57,639 nt of DNA from a virus (Duplodnaviria; Caudoviricetes): the IMG/VR virus record IMGVR_UViG_3300008110_000066, positions 1-57,639 of that record. One strand, 5' to 3'. The notes beneath the pieces were generated by a model. That model made no database searches. It was not told the DNA's origin and saw nothing but the letters and a program-made list of their open reading frames with translations. Shown piece by piece: positions 20,633 to 30,309 of the stretch. The number at the start of each line of letters is the position of its first letter. The first letter of the stretch is position 1. Both the position numbers and the translations under genes were made by a program.

Positions 20633-22821
20633 TGGCTATAAGTGTATATAACTTAATTGTAAGTGGTGATTGTAATAATACAGGGTCAGGAGCCGTTTCT
20701 TTTGGAGTAACGGGAGGTACTGCGCCATACGCAATTACTTGTATAAATTCTACATTACCACCAACATCAGCATTAACAGGGCCTTACGATTATACTGCGA
20801 TCTCATTGACTGCTGATACGTATTTTTTACAAATTACTGACGCAGGATCTTATTCAATTATCCAATCAATATACATTTCATCAGGAACTACAGCCACAAT
20901 AGATAGTACACCAACCTCTTGTGGTTTGAATAACGGATCCGTAACAGGTTTTACATCTGGCGCATACGGAAATGTTAAATTTTCTTTATATGATGGTTCA
21001 GATAATTTTATAATTTCGGCACAAACACCAACTTCATATTATGAATTTTTATCTTTATCGGCAGGAACATATTACATTGTTGCGGATGATGGTGGTGGAT
21101 GTACGGGAATAACGGCATCAGTTATTTTAACACCATCAACAGGTTTTACTTTTGGTGGTTATGTTGTTAATGATGGTAGTTGTCTTGGTGGTGCTAGTGG
21201 AAAAGTTTTTATAACAGGATTAACCCAACCAACTTCTGCTTACACAATAAATTGGTCAACAAATGTTGGTTCTCAAACAGGATTTACTGTAACAGGTCTA
21301 ACTGGCGGAACATATATTGCAACAATTACTGATTCTCAAGGATGTGTTGGTAGTCAATCTTTCACCGTCACAACAGTACCTCCACTTGCATCGGGAGGAT
21401 TTATCACAATAAGTCAACCAACTTGTTTTGCTAATGATGGTATTGTGGAATTTATTGTAGTTGATGGAACTGCGCCTTATTTTTTCAGTGGTTCATCAGG
21501 ACAAGTTGAAGTAACTTTTGATACTTCCGTAACGTTTACAGGATTATCCTCAGGTGCTTACAGTTTTCTTGTAACAGATGCGGGTCTTTGTACTATTTAC
21601 GATTCTGTAAGTTTACAAACACCGAATTCTTTTAGTTCGGTCATGGTAAATACCACAAATGCGACATGTTCAGCAAACGACGGAACTTTACAAGTCATAG
21701 TTGATAATGGGTTAAGTACTGAAGCGAGTTTGCAGATATCAATTTCAGGGTCAACAGGAATCAGTCAAGTTGGTAGTTTAGGTAGCTCAACTCAAACTTT
21801 TTATGGGTTGACAAATGGGACCTACATCTATACAGTTTCATCAATTGGTTGTACCTACACGGGACAAACAACTATAAATTCAAGTAGTTTATATAGTGCA
21901 ACTACCCAAGTTACAGGTACAACTTGCGGAACCAATAATGGTATCGTACAAGTAACCGCATCAACTGGAGGAACATTACCCTACACTTTTACATTAACAG
22001 GACCTAATTATAACCCATCAACTTATACAGGACCCCTAAGTACTTTTACTAACTTACCATATGGTAATTATACTTTAACAATCCAAGACTCAAGTACACC
22101 TTCGTGCACACAAACATATCCTGTTTATGTTGGATACAGCCAAGGGGTTTATTTTGATTTATACCCCCAAAACCCAATTACAGGAAATGACGGGTCTATT
22201 ACCGCTTTTATATTATCAGGGGAACCTGAATTTGATCTGACTTGGAGTAGTAATGTTGGTGGTCAAACAGGATCTACAGTAACGGGACTGACTGCGGGAA
22301 CTTACAGTCTTAGCGTAGTTGATGCAAGTGGATGTTCATTAACAAAATCGATTGTATTGACAGGAACCAAAAAATATTCAAGTTATAGATATTATACGGT
22401 ATGTGAAGAACAATTCTTTGACAGTGGATTGGTGACTAAAAGATCAATGAGGGCCATGTATTTAGAAGGGTTTGGAGATTTAACAAGTGGTGATACAGGT
22501 TGTATAATTAACTCCGCAAACTTTTCAATTTACGCACAAGTTGGTAGTCAGTCTGCTCAGACAGAATTTTACACTTCATCGGGAGCAACAGATTACCCAA
22601 GTGATGATCTTTGGGCAGATACGATAGTATCAACTTTAGATTCTTTTGTTGGAATATCTGGAGTTACTTACGACATAATAACAAATAGAATAAACATAAG
22701 TTCATCTTGTGAACAAATTACTGATAATTGTGGTACAACAACCATAAATCCATTGCAGGACAATCAGATTATTGTAAATTTACTCATTGATTACAATATA
22801 TCCTGTGTAAGTTGTACATAA
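20632..22821 (+). CDS. SprB-repeat tail fibre / adhesin-like protein
   Basis: Repeated C...G.....GGT.PY...W......TGLTAGTY...ITD..GC units typical of Bacteroidota SprB repeats. Confidence 0.75.
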   Translation: MAISVYNLIVSGDCNNTGSGAVSFGVTGGTAPYAITCINSTLPPTSALTGPYDYTAISLTADTYFLQITDAGSYSIIQSIYISSGTTATIDSTPTSCGLNNGSVTGFTSGAYGNVKFSLYDGSDNFIISAQTPTSYYEFLSLSAGTYYIVADDGGGCTGITASVILTPSTGFTFGGYVVNDGSCLGGASGKVFITGLTQPTSAYTINWSTNVGSQTGFTVTGLTGGTYIATITDSQGCVGSQSFTVTTVPPLASGGFITISQPTCFANDGIVEFIVVDGTAPYFFSGSSGQVEVTFDTSVTFTGLSSGAYSFLVTDAGLCTIYDSVSLQTPNSFSSVMVNTTNATCSANDGTLQVIVDNGLSTEASLQISISGSTGISQVGSLGSSTQTFYGLTNGTYIYTVSSIGCTYTGQTTINSSSLYSATTQVTGTTCGTNNGIVQVTASTGGTLPYTFTLTGPNYNPSTYTGPLSTFTNLPYGNYTLTIQDSSTPSCTQTYPVYVGYSQGVYFDLYPQNPITGNDGSITAFILSGEPEFDLTWSSNVGGQTGSTVTGLTAGTYSLSVVDASGCSLTKSIVLTGTKKYSSYRYYTVCEEQFFDSGLVTKRSMRAMYLEGFGDLTSGDTGCIINSANFSIYAQVGSQSAQTEFYTSSGATDYPSDDLWADTIVSTLDSFVGISGVTYDIITNRINISSSCEQITDNCGTTTINPLQDNQIIVNLLIDYNISCVSCT

Positions 22822-22822
22822 A

Positions 22823-23122
22823 ATGCCAAATCAAGTTGTTATATTATCTGCAACTGGCGTTACATCCCCATTCAGTGGTACTGCTTGTGATGTGTACGGT
22901 AACAATTGTTCCTATATTGGTAGCGGCACAACATTTCCTGTACTTTTTATTCTACCATCACAATTTGACACTGCACCAGCACTACAGTTGACCTTAACTG
23001 ATTCATTGGGTTGCTCAATTTCAGAAATAATATATTGTACTGGTGGTGGAGGACCAGACAAACAATTCCAAAATTTAGAATATTTCTTCTTTATGAGTGG
23101 AGATATCTATCAATTCCAATAA
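22823..23122 (+). CDS. Small Cys-containing structural protein, paralog of 31797..32018
   Basis: MPNQVVI...SPF...ACD.....C.YI pattern shared with the minus-strand ORF. Confidence 0.6.
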   Translation: MPNQVVILSATGVTSPFSGTACDVYGNNCSYIGSGTTFPVLFILPSQFDTAPALQLTLTDSLGCSISEIIYCTGGGGPDKQFQNLEYFFFMSGDIYQFQ

Positions 23123-23142
23123 GACGATATTTATTATTTGAT

Positions 23143-24357
23143 ATGGCATTATTAACAGACCAAATTTTAGCTACAGGTGTCACCCCAAGTGATTTAATAC
23201 ACATAGTAATAACTGGTGATACCTCACAAAATCCTGCGGGTTCATCATATAAGGCACCAATAAGCCAAGTTCTTTCTTTATTTACAGGAACTACTGGTGG
23301 GAATGAAGGATATTATGGACAGTTTTATGTTAATACAAATCTCTTTGCACCTACATCAGGGACATCTAATACCATACAATTCAGTGGTACTGAATTATCA
23401 AATCAGGTAAGTTTGAACACCATGTCGTTAACCAATGACTCAATTATTTTTAATCAGTCAGGTAAATATCAAATCTATTTTAGAGGTACTTTATATAATG
23501 GGGCGTCAACTAAAGAGAGTGTAAGTGTTACATCATACCTCGGATCAAACATTGTAAGATCGGCAATAGATAATGTTGACGTTGAGGCAAATGGTGGTTA
23601 TGAGACAATAAGTTTTGAAAGTTTGGTGGATGTTGTTTCAGGAGAATCTCTATATTTTATATGGAAAACATCCAATATATTAACGGGTTTTATAAATAGT
23701 GCAGGTCTTTCGACAGGATATAGTATAAACGTTAGTGTTTTTAGTGTTGGAGATGTTTTGAGTGGTGCTTCAGGTACTAATGGAACTTCAGGAACTAGTG
23801 GTGTTAATGGGACTAGTGGTACCAATGGAACCAGTGGAACTAATGGAACTAACGGCACAAGTGGAACTAACGGCACAAGTGGAACTAACGGTAGTTCAGG
23901 TACTAGTGGTGTTAAAGCTTGGGGATCGTTTATTTCTACAGTCGATCAAACTATTGGTGTGGCGGGAACAACTTATAAAATGAGTGCGGATACAACTACA
24001 ACTAATTCGAATGTAACATTGTCAGGTGGTAGTAGATTTGTTGTTACAAATGGTGGTACGTACAACATACAGTTTTCCGCTCAAATAAACAAATCATCAG
24101 GAACTCAAGGAAGTGTTTGGATATGGTTGAGTAGAGGAGGTACACCTATTACTGCCACAAACACTGAAGTTTACTTAGGTGGATCAAGCAATGAAAGAAC
24201 AGTGGCGGCTTGGAATTGGGTTGATGAGTGTGACGCAGGTGCATATTACGAAATAGAATGGACCGCTGAACATAATAATGTGTTTTTAGATTATACCGCA
24301 TCACCAACATATGGACCGGCAGTTCCATCTTTAATTGTTACTTTGACACAAGTTTAA
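23143..24357 (+). CDS. Collagen-like fibre protein: Gly-X-Y tract between two BclA-C/C1q-like beta domains
   Basis: ATG at 23143 follows TATTTAT at 23128 (the ORF-track start 23011 is implausible); 17 G-X-Y triplets; SGKYQIYF and GGTYNIQFSAQ motifs. Confidence 0.75.
   Translation: MALLTDQILATGVTPSDLIHIVITGDTSQNPAGSSYKAPISQVLSLFTGTTGGNEGYYGQFYVNTNLFAPTSGTSNTIQFSGTELSNQVSLNTMSLTNDSIIFNQSGKYQIYFRGTLYNGASTKESVSVTSYLGSNIVRSAIDNVDVEANGGYETISFESLVDVVSGESLYFIWKTSNILTGFINSAGLSTGYSINVSVFSVGDVLSGASGTNGTSGTSGVNGTSGTNGTSGTNGTNGTSGTNGTSGTNGSSGTSGVKAWGSFISTVDQTIGVAGTTYKMSADTTTTNSNVTLSGGSRFVVTNGGTYNIQFSAQINKSSGTQGSVWIWLSRGGTPITATNTEVYLGGSSNERTVAAWNWVDECDAGAYYEIEWTAEHNNVFLDYTASPTYGPAVPSLIVTLTQV
23764..23916 (+). 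repeat. 9/18-nt coding tandem repeat encoding (GTN/GTS)n
   Basis: Units such as GGAACTAACGGCACAAGT repeated with synonymous variation. Confidence 0.9.
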
Positions 24358-24395
24358 TCAATTCACTTTTATTTAAATTGACTTAATTTTCCTTT

Positions 24396-25376
24396 ATGGA
24401 AAAAATTCTTTTTGTCTCCGCACAGCCAGATGTCCCGTACTTTATTTGGCAAATTAAAATTTATGTAAATAATTTTATTGAAAGTGGTATTGAACCTCAG
24501 CAAATACATGTCGTGTTAGGTTTAGTTAATGGTGAAAAAACTCTGTCCAAGAATGCAGAACAATTAAAAGAATTGGGTATTAACATTCATTTTTTTGTTG
24601 ATGATAGAATTAAAAAAAATTACATACCAAGTATTAAACCATATTTAATTTCTAAATGGTTACAGTCCAATAAAAGTTTTGGAAACCTTTTTTTTCTTCA
24701 CGACGCCGATATTGTGTTTAGATCACTACCAAATTTTGATAAACTACTAAATGATAACATTTCTTATTTGTCAGATACTATTGGGTATATTGGTTATGAT
24801 TATATTATGGATTGTTGTAATAGGTATGAATTAAAACACCCTAATTCACAAAAAGGACAATTGATAAATGAAATGGCTGAGGTTATTGGTATCGATATTG
24901 AAACAATTAAAATTAACCAACAGAATTCAGGTGGAGGACAGTATCTTATAAAAAATACAACACCTGAAATTTGGGATAAGATCTATAAAGACTCAACTAA
25001 ACTTTATGATCAAATGTTGGATTATCAAAAAAGATTCCCAATCAATCCAGGCCAAATACAATTTTGGACTGCAGAGATGTGGTCATTACTTTGGAATTTA
25101 TGGATGTACGGATATAATACAAAAATAACGGATGAGTTAAGTTTTTCTTGGGCTACTGATACTATTGAGATTTATGAAAAACATAGAATATTACATATGG
25201 CAGGAGTTACCGATGATTTAAAATCTACAAAATTTTATAAAGGTGATTACATTAACGTAGACCCAATTTTGAAATTAAGACAAAACCCAAATCATTTTGA
25301 TTATGTCGATAAGAATAGTTCCACAATAAAATATATTGAGAATATGAAATCATTTATTCAAAAATACAACATTTGA
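24396..25376 (+). CDS. Putative GT-A glycosyltransferase resembling peptidyl O-glycosyltransferases (HPAT/SERGT-like)
   Basis: YFIWQ, NYIPSIKP, LHDADIVF (DxD), GGGQYLI, WTAEMWS, ILHMAG motifs. Confidence 0.65.
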   Translation: MEKILFVSAQPDVPYFIWQIKIYVNNFIESGIEPQQIHVVLGLVNGEKTLSKNAEQLKELGINIHFFVDDRIKKNYIPSIKPYLISKWLQSNKSFGNLFFLHDADIVFRSLPNFDKLLNDNISYLSDTIGYIGYDYIMDCCNRYELKHPNSQKGQLINEMAEVIGIDIETIKINQQNSGGGQYLIKNTTPEIWDKIYKDSTKLYDQMLDYQKRFPINPGQIQFWTAEMWSLLWNLWMYGYNTKITDELSFSWATDTIEIYEKHRILHMAGVTDDLKSTKFYKGDYINVDPILKLRQNPNHFDYVDKNSSTIKYIENMKSFIQKYNI

Positions 25377-25391
25377 TTATTTATATAGATA

Positions 25392-27062
25392 ATGATGAAT
25401 TCAACAACTCCAACTATTAGAAGACCAAATGAATGTGATGTTATTACGATATTTCCTATGGGAGTCGAATGCTCGGTATTACAACCTTCAACCGAAAGAT
25501 CTTTTGATGGTGCAGCAACACTAATAATTACAGGAGGTACACCACCTTATACTATTTTTTGGGAAATTGGTAGTTTTGCACCGGCTTTGGCAAATATTGG
25601 TGTTGGTGAATATAGAGCGACCGTAGTAGATTATTACGGGGATTTTACCGCAAATACAACTTGTGTATTAACAGCAACTACCGAGACTTATTCGGGGGTT
25701 TGTTTTGTTCTTTCAGGAATTTTACAAAATGAATTAGTTTATATTTCATCCGAAAGTTTAGGGTTAAAAAATGGAAAACCATATTATAAAATACAATATG
25801 GTGTTGAAACTTATGGATATGTTTTTTGGGATCCAAATAATAATCAATGGATATTCTGTAATACCTTAGATTGTCAAGGTAATTATTACAATTATTTAGA
25901 TAACGGTAATTTCTTTTATCCAACTGGGAATACAGCTCCTGATAATTGGAGATTATACTCTGACTCACCATATATAATTACAGAATCAGTTTTAGGTCTT
26001 TGCTCAATACCAAAACCCGAAGTAGAACCAACGGACTTATGTGGTACTTTAATCACAGTAAATAACAAAGGAGGAGGATATTCACTTGTTGAAAATATAC
26101 AATTTGAGCCGAGTATCGACATAAACGGAGAATCTAGTTGGACTGCGATAACAAATGATTATATTATTTATTGGAATACAGGATCAACACCATCACAATG
26201 GACTCTTTCAGGATTTAGTAACGTAAATGCAAATGTTGTAAATAACGACCCCTCAAATCCACCAATTAGTAATTGGCAAGTATTCGGGGATCCTACTATA
26301 TTAAGTTTTGATGCTAACGTAGGTTTGTGTTCATCGGCTTATACCATTTCAGTTCTTTCTACAGTCAATAACGCTGGATGTGAGGCGACAGGTAGTATTA
26401 TTGCACAAGCATCGGGAGGGCAAGCACCATATCAGTATTCAATAGACGGAGGAGTTACTTATGTAAATTCACCAATATTTAACAATCTTACACCTGCGTT
26501 CTATACGGTTTATGTTAAAGATTCAAATGGAGTTGTGGGCGTTGGTCAGACAGTACAAATAACAAGTACAATACCAACTTCTTATACATTAACATTAAGT
26601 GTCAATTATTCAAACAATACATTCACTATTACATCTCCTGTATTACCAGTTGGAGTTACAATAACAGTCAATTTAAATCATTTATCAACTTTTAGTTTTT
26701 ATCCGTCTTCATTACCAAATCAACCAACCTATAATAATGTTACCACAATTAACACTGTTGGACCTATGACATTAGTTAATACATCCAATAACAGTTATCC
26801 ATTGGCAGGACCTTGTACCGCGGACTTCCCTATAACAGTTATACAACAAACGAATCAATACACAAATACTTTAAATATAGGTAGTAATCAAACAATAACA
26901 GGATCAATTACTAATAATATTATAAATAATCCAAATGGACCTTGTGAGTATGCATCTGGATATTACACTTTGACCATTTCAAATGGGGTGTTAAATAATT
27001 GTACGTGTTGTAATTTAAATTTAGTAAATACGACACCACCATCACAAAATCCTGTACAATAA
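25392..27062 (+). CDS. SprB-repeat-containing structural/fibre protein
   Basis: ITGGTPPYTIFW and ASGGQAPYQYSIDGG...FNNL....YTVYVKDSNG repeats; TATTTAT at 25378. Confidence 0.65.
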   Translation: MMNSTTPTIRRPNECDVITIFPMGVECSVLQPSTERSFDGAATLIITGGTPPYTIFWEIGSFAPALANIGVGEYRATVVDYYGDFTANTTCVLTATTETYSGVCFVLSGILQNELVYISSESLGLKNGKPYYKIQYGVETYGYVFWDPNNNQWIFCNTLDCQGNYYNYLDNGNFFYPTGNTAPDNWRLYSDSPYIITESVLGLCSIPKPEVEPTDLCGTLITVNNKGGGYSLVENIQFEPSIDINGESSWTAITNDYIIYWNTGSTPSQWTLSGFSNVNANVVNNDPSNPPISNWQVFGDPTILSFDANVGLCSSAYTISVLSTVNNAGCEATGSIIAQASGGQAPYQYSIDGGVTYVNSPIFNNLTPAFYTVYVKDSNGVVGVGQTVQITSTIPTSYTLTLSVNYSNNTFTITSPVLPVGVTITVNLNHLSTFSFYPSSLPNQPTYNNVTTINTVGPMTLVNTSNNSYPLAGPCTADFPITVIQQTNQYTNTLNIGSNQTITGSITNNIINNPNGPCEYASGYYTLTISNGVLNNCTCCNLNLVNTTPPSQNPVQ

Positions 27063-27090
27063 ATGTAACATAAGAATATTTATCTTTTAA

Positions 27091-29589
27091 ATGGCATATA
27101 TAATTAAAAACACATCGGGTTTAGTAAACACAAGAGTTACAGATACAGGAAGACAAAGATTGTCGGAAGGTAGATTTAACATTGTTTATTTCGCAGTAGG
27201 AGATAGTGAAGTATCTTATGATGAATTACCATCAACTTACAATCAATCGAATACGGTTATATTAGAACCACAATTTAACTCACAAAATAGTTCGGGGGTT
27301 CCTGAGTCAAATAGACAATATATAAAATACCCATATTTAGTTGACGAGGGTGAAACAAATATTTATGGAATTCCTTTTATGGATTCTGGAATTGAATCTG
27401 TTTATAATAGAGCCGCAATGAGAGGTTTCTTTACAGGGAACACAACCGCATCCACTATAGATTGGAAGGCTTTAGTAAACAATAGTTACGTTGTTACGGC
27501 TAACTATGTTGTAAACATGTATACACTAAATGGTACTAACGAAATTAACGTCTACTCTTTAGGTGGTAATGTACAAAATACTAATACACCACAAGTTGGT
27601 GATTTTATTACAATATATTACGATGGTAGAGGATCTACTGACACAAGCTGTAGCAATTTCCCAACGCCCACACCAAGTGCTTCTGCAGGTCAAACACCAA
27701 CACCTACACCAACACCAAGTTCTACAAATGGAAATCCTTGTGCTTCACCAACACCAACACCTACACCAACACATACCCCTTGTCTAACACCATCCAACAC
27801 ACCACAATGTCCTGTACCACCACCACCTGATTGTGTAAAAGACGTTGTAAGTTGCTTCTCAATCCTCACATATAGAATAACCGCAGTTTGTGGTGATAAA
27901 TTAACTCTTGATAGACCAACACCTGACTTTACTAACTTATCCTCAGATTGTATTGCAAGAACAATTATTTATCCACCACAGATGGTACCTTTATATGATA
28001 GTTTTACACCTGAACCACATTGGGCTCAAAGTGTAATTGATTTTGAATCGGTTTGTGACACAGATCAGTTTGATGTTAAAATATGGAACATGAATATTCC
28101 GTGGACTGAAAGTCCTGCGGGATTATCGTCAACACAATATCAAGACTATACTAAATTTGGATCAATAAATTATATAGGTCAGAAAGAATATTTTGGATAT
28201 AATTCTTCTGATGGACAAACATCAACTGATGATGTTTACTATTACAACTCGTTCGGAGAAAAAATTGTTGTTACCCCAGAAAATCAAAAAGCAATAGCGA
28301 TCATTCACTATACAAATCAAACAATCGATTTCTTCTATGGTGAAAAATTTGCATTAGAGCCATTTGATTCTAACAATGTTGATAACACCCAAGGACAAGC
28401 CAGAAACTTCAAATTGCACATGCCAACCATAATGTGGCATAAAAACCCTGAATGTTGTTTTGGTCAAACATTTTGGGTTGATCCTGCAGGATTTGAAGGT
28501 AAAAATTTATTTGAAGTTCAATATATTAAGTCAAAAATATCAGATCAAATGAATCAACCTGGTATAAGATATTATAATCTTTGGGACACTTTTGCACAAC
28601 CTAATGGATTACCAAGTAGAGTTGGTAAAGTATTTCCCGATTCAAAGTTAATTGTTATTGATGATGAAGAGTTAGTTGCAGCATTATCTTATAAATCAAA
28701 TAGAAATTGGACTTTACCGGCACCTCAAGTTTCACTGATAACCCCTAATACATGTGGAGTATCCAACTCAACAGGAGTTTTAACAGGTGGGTCAGAAACA
28801 CTTTGGATTACATACCGATTATCGAATACAAATACATTTACAAATTCACTACATAGTAATTACTATACTAGTGTTGTTGGGACCCAAAATGTTTGTAGTC
28901 CTGACACACCTCAAAATGTGGCGGTTAGATTCGGATCTGAATTTCCATGTTTGGTACAACCTGGATTCAATCCAACAACAACTACCACAACAACATTTAA
29001 CCCAACCACAACAACAACCACAATTCCTTACACGACAACAACTACAACTAGTTGTCCTGTTTGTGTTGTACCGGCTGGATTCTACGCACAACAATTCCAA
29101 GTTTTAGCGCAGAAAACTCTTATAGGAGAAAGACCAAATCCTGAACTGTGGAAATTGATTGATTTTACAAGTCAAATTAGCCAAAATTTTATCAACGGAT
29201 ATGTAACTCAAGAATCCTTAACAGCAACTACATTTATTGTTACTGCGGAAAATTATAGTTCTGCACCTTACTACAATCTTAATGATTATATTGATTTAGT
29301 TCCCAACGGCGCAACAGGTCAGCAATTGAATTTTGGTGATGAATATTATTTTTATGGTAACTTGGAAACTGACATACAAGCAACAATTTACGAAATGAAA
29401 TATAAAATAAATTTGAGTTCTAGCGAGTTTTTAGTTTCACAAAACCCAACTTGGACATTTGGAACTCAATCTTATATCTCTGAAATTGCTTTAATGGATG
29501 AAAATAAAGATATATTAGTAATGTCAAAAATGCAATCTCCCGTATTAAGACAAGGAATTCAACAATATGTTATAAAGTTAGATTTTTGA
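27091..29589 (+). CDS. Baseplate/fibre-attachment protein with split tail-collar-like termini and Pro/Thr linkers
   Basis: N-terminal VTDTGRQRL...YFAVGDSE and C-terminal ISEIALMDENKDILVMSKMQSPV; (TP)n and poly-Thr tracts. Confidence 0.6.
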   Translation: MAYIIKNTSGLVNTRVTDTGRQRLSEGRFNIVYFAVGDSEVSYDELPSTYNQSNTVILEPQFNSQNSSGVPESNRQYIKYPYLVDEGETNIYGIPFMDSGIESVYNRAAMRGFFTGNTTASTIDWKALVNNSYVVTANYVVNMYTLNGTNEINVYSLGGNVQNTNTPQVGDFITIYYDGRGSTDTSCSNFPTPTPSASAGQTPTPTPTPSSTNGNPCASPTPTPTPTHTPCLTPSNTPQCPVPPPPDCVKDVVSCFSILTYRITAVCGDKLTLDRPTPDFTNLSSDCIARTIIYPPQMVPLYDSFTPEPHWAQSVIDFESVCDTDQFDVKIWNMNIPWTESPAGLSSTQYQDYTKFGSINYIGQKEYFGYNSSDGQTSTDDVYYYNSFGEKIVVTPENQKAIAIIHYTNQTIDFFYGEKFALEPFDSNNVDNTQGQARNFKLHMPTIMWHKNPECCFGQTFWVDPAGFEGKNLFEVQYIKSKISDQMNQPGIRYYNLWDTFAQPNGLPSRVGKVFPDSKLIVIDDEELVAALSYKSNRNWTLPAPQVSLITPNTCGVSNSTGVLTGGSETLWITYRLSNTNTFTNSLHSNYYTSVVGTQNVCSPDTPQNVAVRFGSEFPCLVQPGFNPTTTTTTTFNPTTTTTTIPYTTTTTTSCPVCVVPAGFYAQQFQVLAQKTLIGERPNPELWKLIDFTSQISQNFINGYVTQESLTATTFIVTAENYSSAPYYNLNDYIDLVPNGATGQQLNFGDEYYFYGNLETDIQATIYEMKYKINLSSSEFLVSQNPTWTFGTQSYISEIALMDENKDILVMSKMQSPVLRQGIQQYVIKLDF

Positions 29590-29643
29590 CAACTATTCAG
29601 TTTCAGATCAAATTGTATATTTTAATTTAAAAGAATCTTATTT

Positions 29644-30249
29644 ATGGCAAAAAGTCTCAAAAATTCACCAAAAGTGTTAGGTCTCGATATTTCCACTAAA
29701 ACTATTGGGTGGGCATTGTTTGATATAAAAACACAAGAACTGTTAGAATTAACACATGTTTCACCAAGACCTAAGATGGAAAAGGAAGATGATGACAAAT
29801 TGAAAGAACTTCTTCTCAAATCTGAAATTTTTGCAGAAAAGTTAAGACAATATAAAGACCTTGGAATAGTCAGAATTATAATTGAAGAACCACTACTTAA
29901 TTCAAATAATATTTATACAATCCAAACATTATTAAGATTCAATAGTTTTGTATTCAAAGAAATCTATAATATATTAGGAATAGTTCCTGAATTTATCTCA
30001 ACTTACAACTCAAGAAAGTTCGCATTTCCCGAGTTAGTTCAAGAAAATGATAAGAAGAAATTTGTTTTGTTTGGTGGATTACCGAAAGACGTTGATAAAA
30101 AAATGATTATATGGGAAAAGGTTGCAAAAAGAGAACCACAAATCAAATGGTTATATACTAAAAACAACACCTTGAAGAAAGAAAACTTTGACCAAACAGA
30201 TGCTTATACATGTGCATTGGGATTCATGAAATTTAAAAGTATTTGGTAA
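29644..30249 (+). CDS. RuvC-like Holliday junction resolvase
   Basis: VLGLDISTKTIGWA, IIIEEP and DQTDAY acidic RNase H-fold motifs. Confidence 0.75.
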   Translation: MAKSLKNSPKVLGLDISTKTIGWALFDIKTQELLELTHVSPRPKMEKEDDDKLKELLLKSEIFAEKLRQYKDLGIVRIIIEEPLLNSNNIYTIQTLLRFNSFVFKEIYNILGIVPEFISTYNSRKFAFPELVQENDKKKFVLFGGLPKDVDKKMIIWEKVAKREPQIKWLYTKNNTLKKENFDQTDAYTCALGFMKFKSIW

Positions 30250-30277
30250 TAATATCCTTTTAAATACCGATAATTGG

Positions 30278-30309
30278 AAATATCGTCTTTATAGACGATA
30301 TTTTTTTTT
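30278..30309. terminator. Terminator between convergent genes, possibly bidirectional
   Basis: AAATATCGTCT-ttat-AGACGATATTT hairpin followed by a long T run. Confidence 0.8.

Noticed and set aside
23011-23142. Open -1 frame overlapping the 99-aa gene, suggesting a programmed frameshift fusion to the collagen-like protein
   Set aside because: No canonical slippery heptamer, the extension reads as non-protein-like (WWWR...), and TATTTAT plus the ATG at 23143 explain an independent start
23764-23916. Tandem repeat as a possible CRISPR array or DGR repeat
   Set aside because: In-frame 9/18-nt coding repeat with synonymous variation, no spacers, and no cas or reverse transcriptase gene in the window
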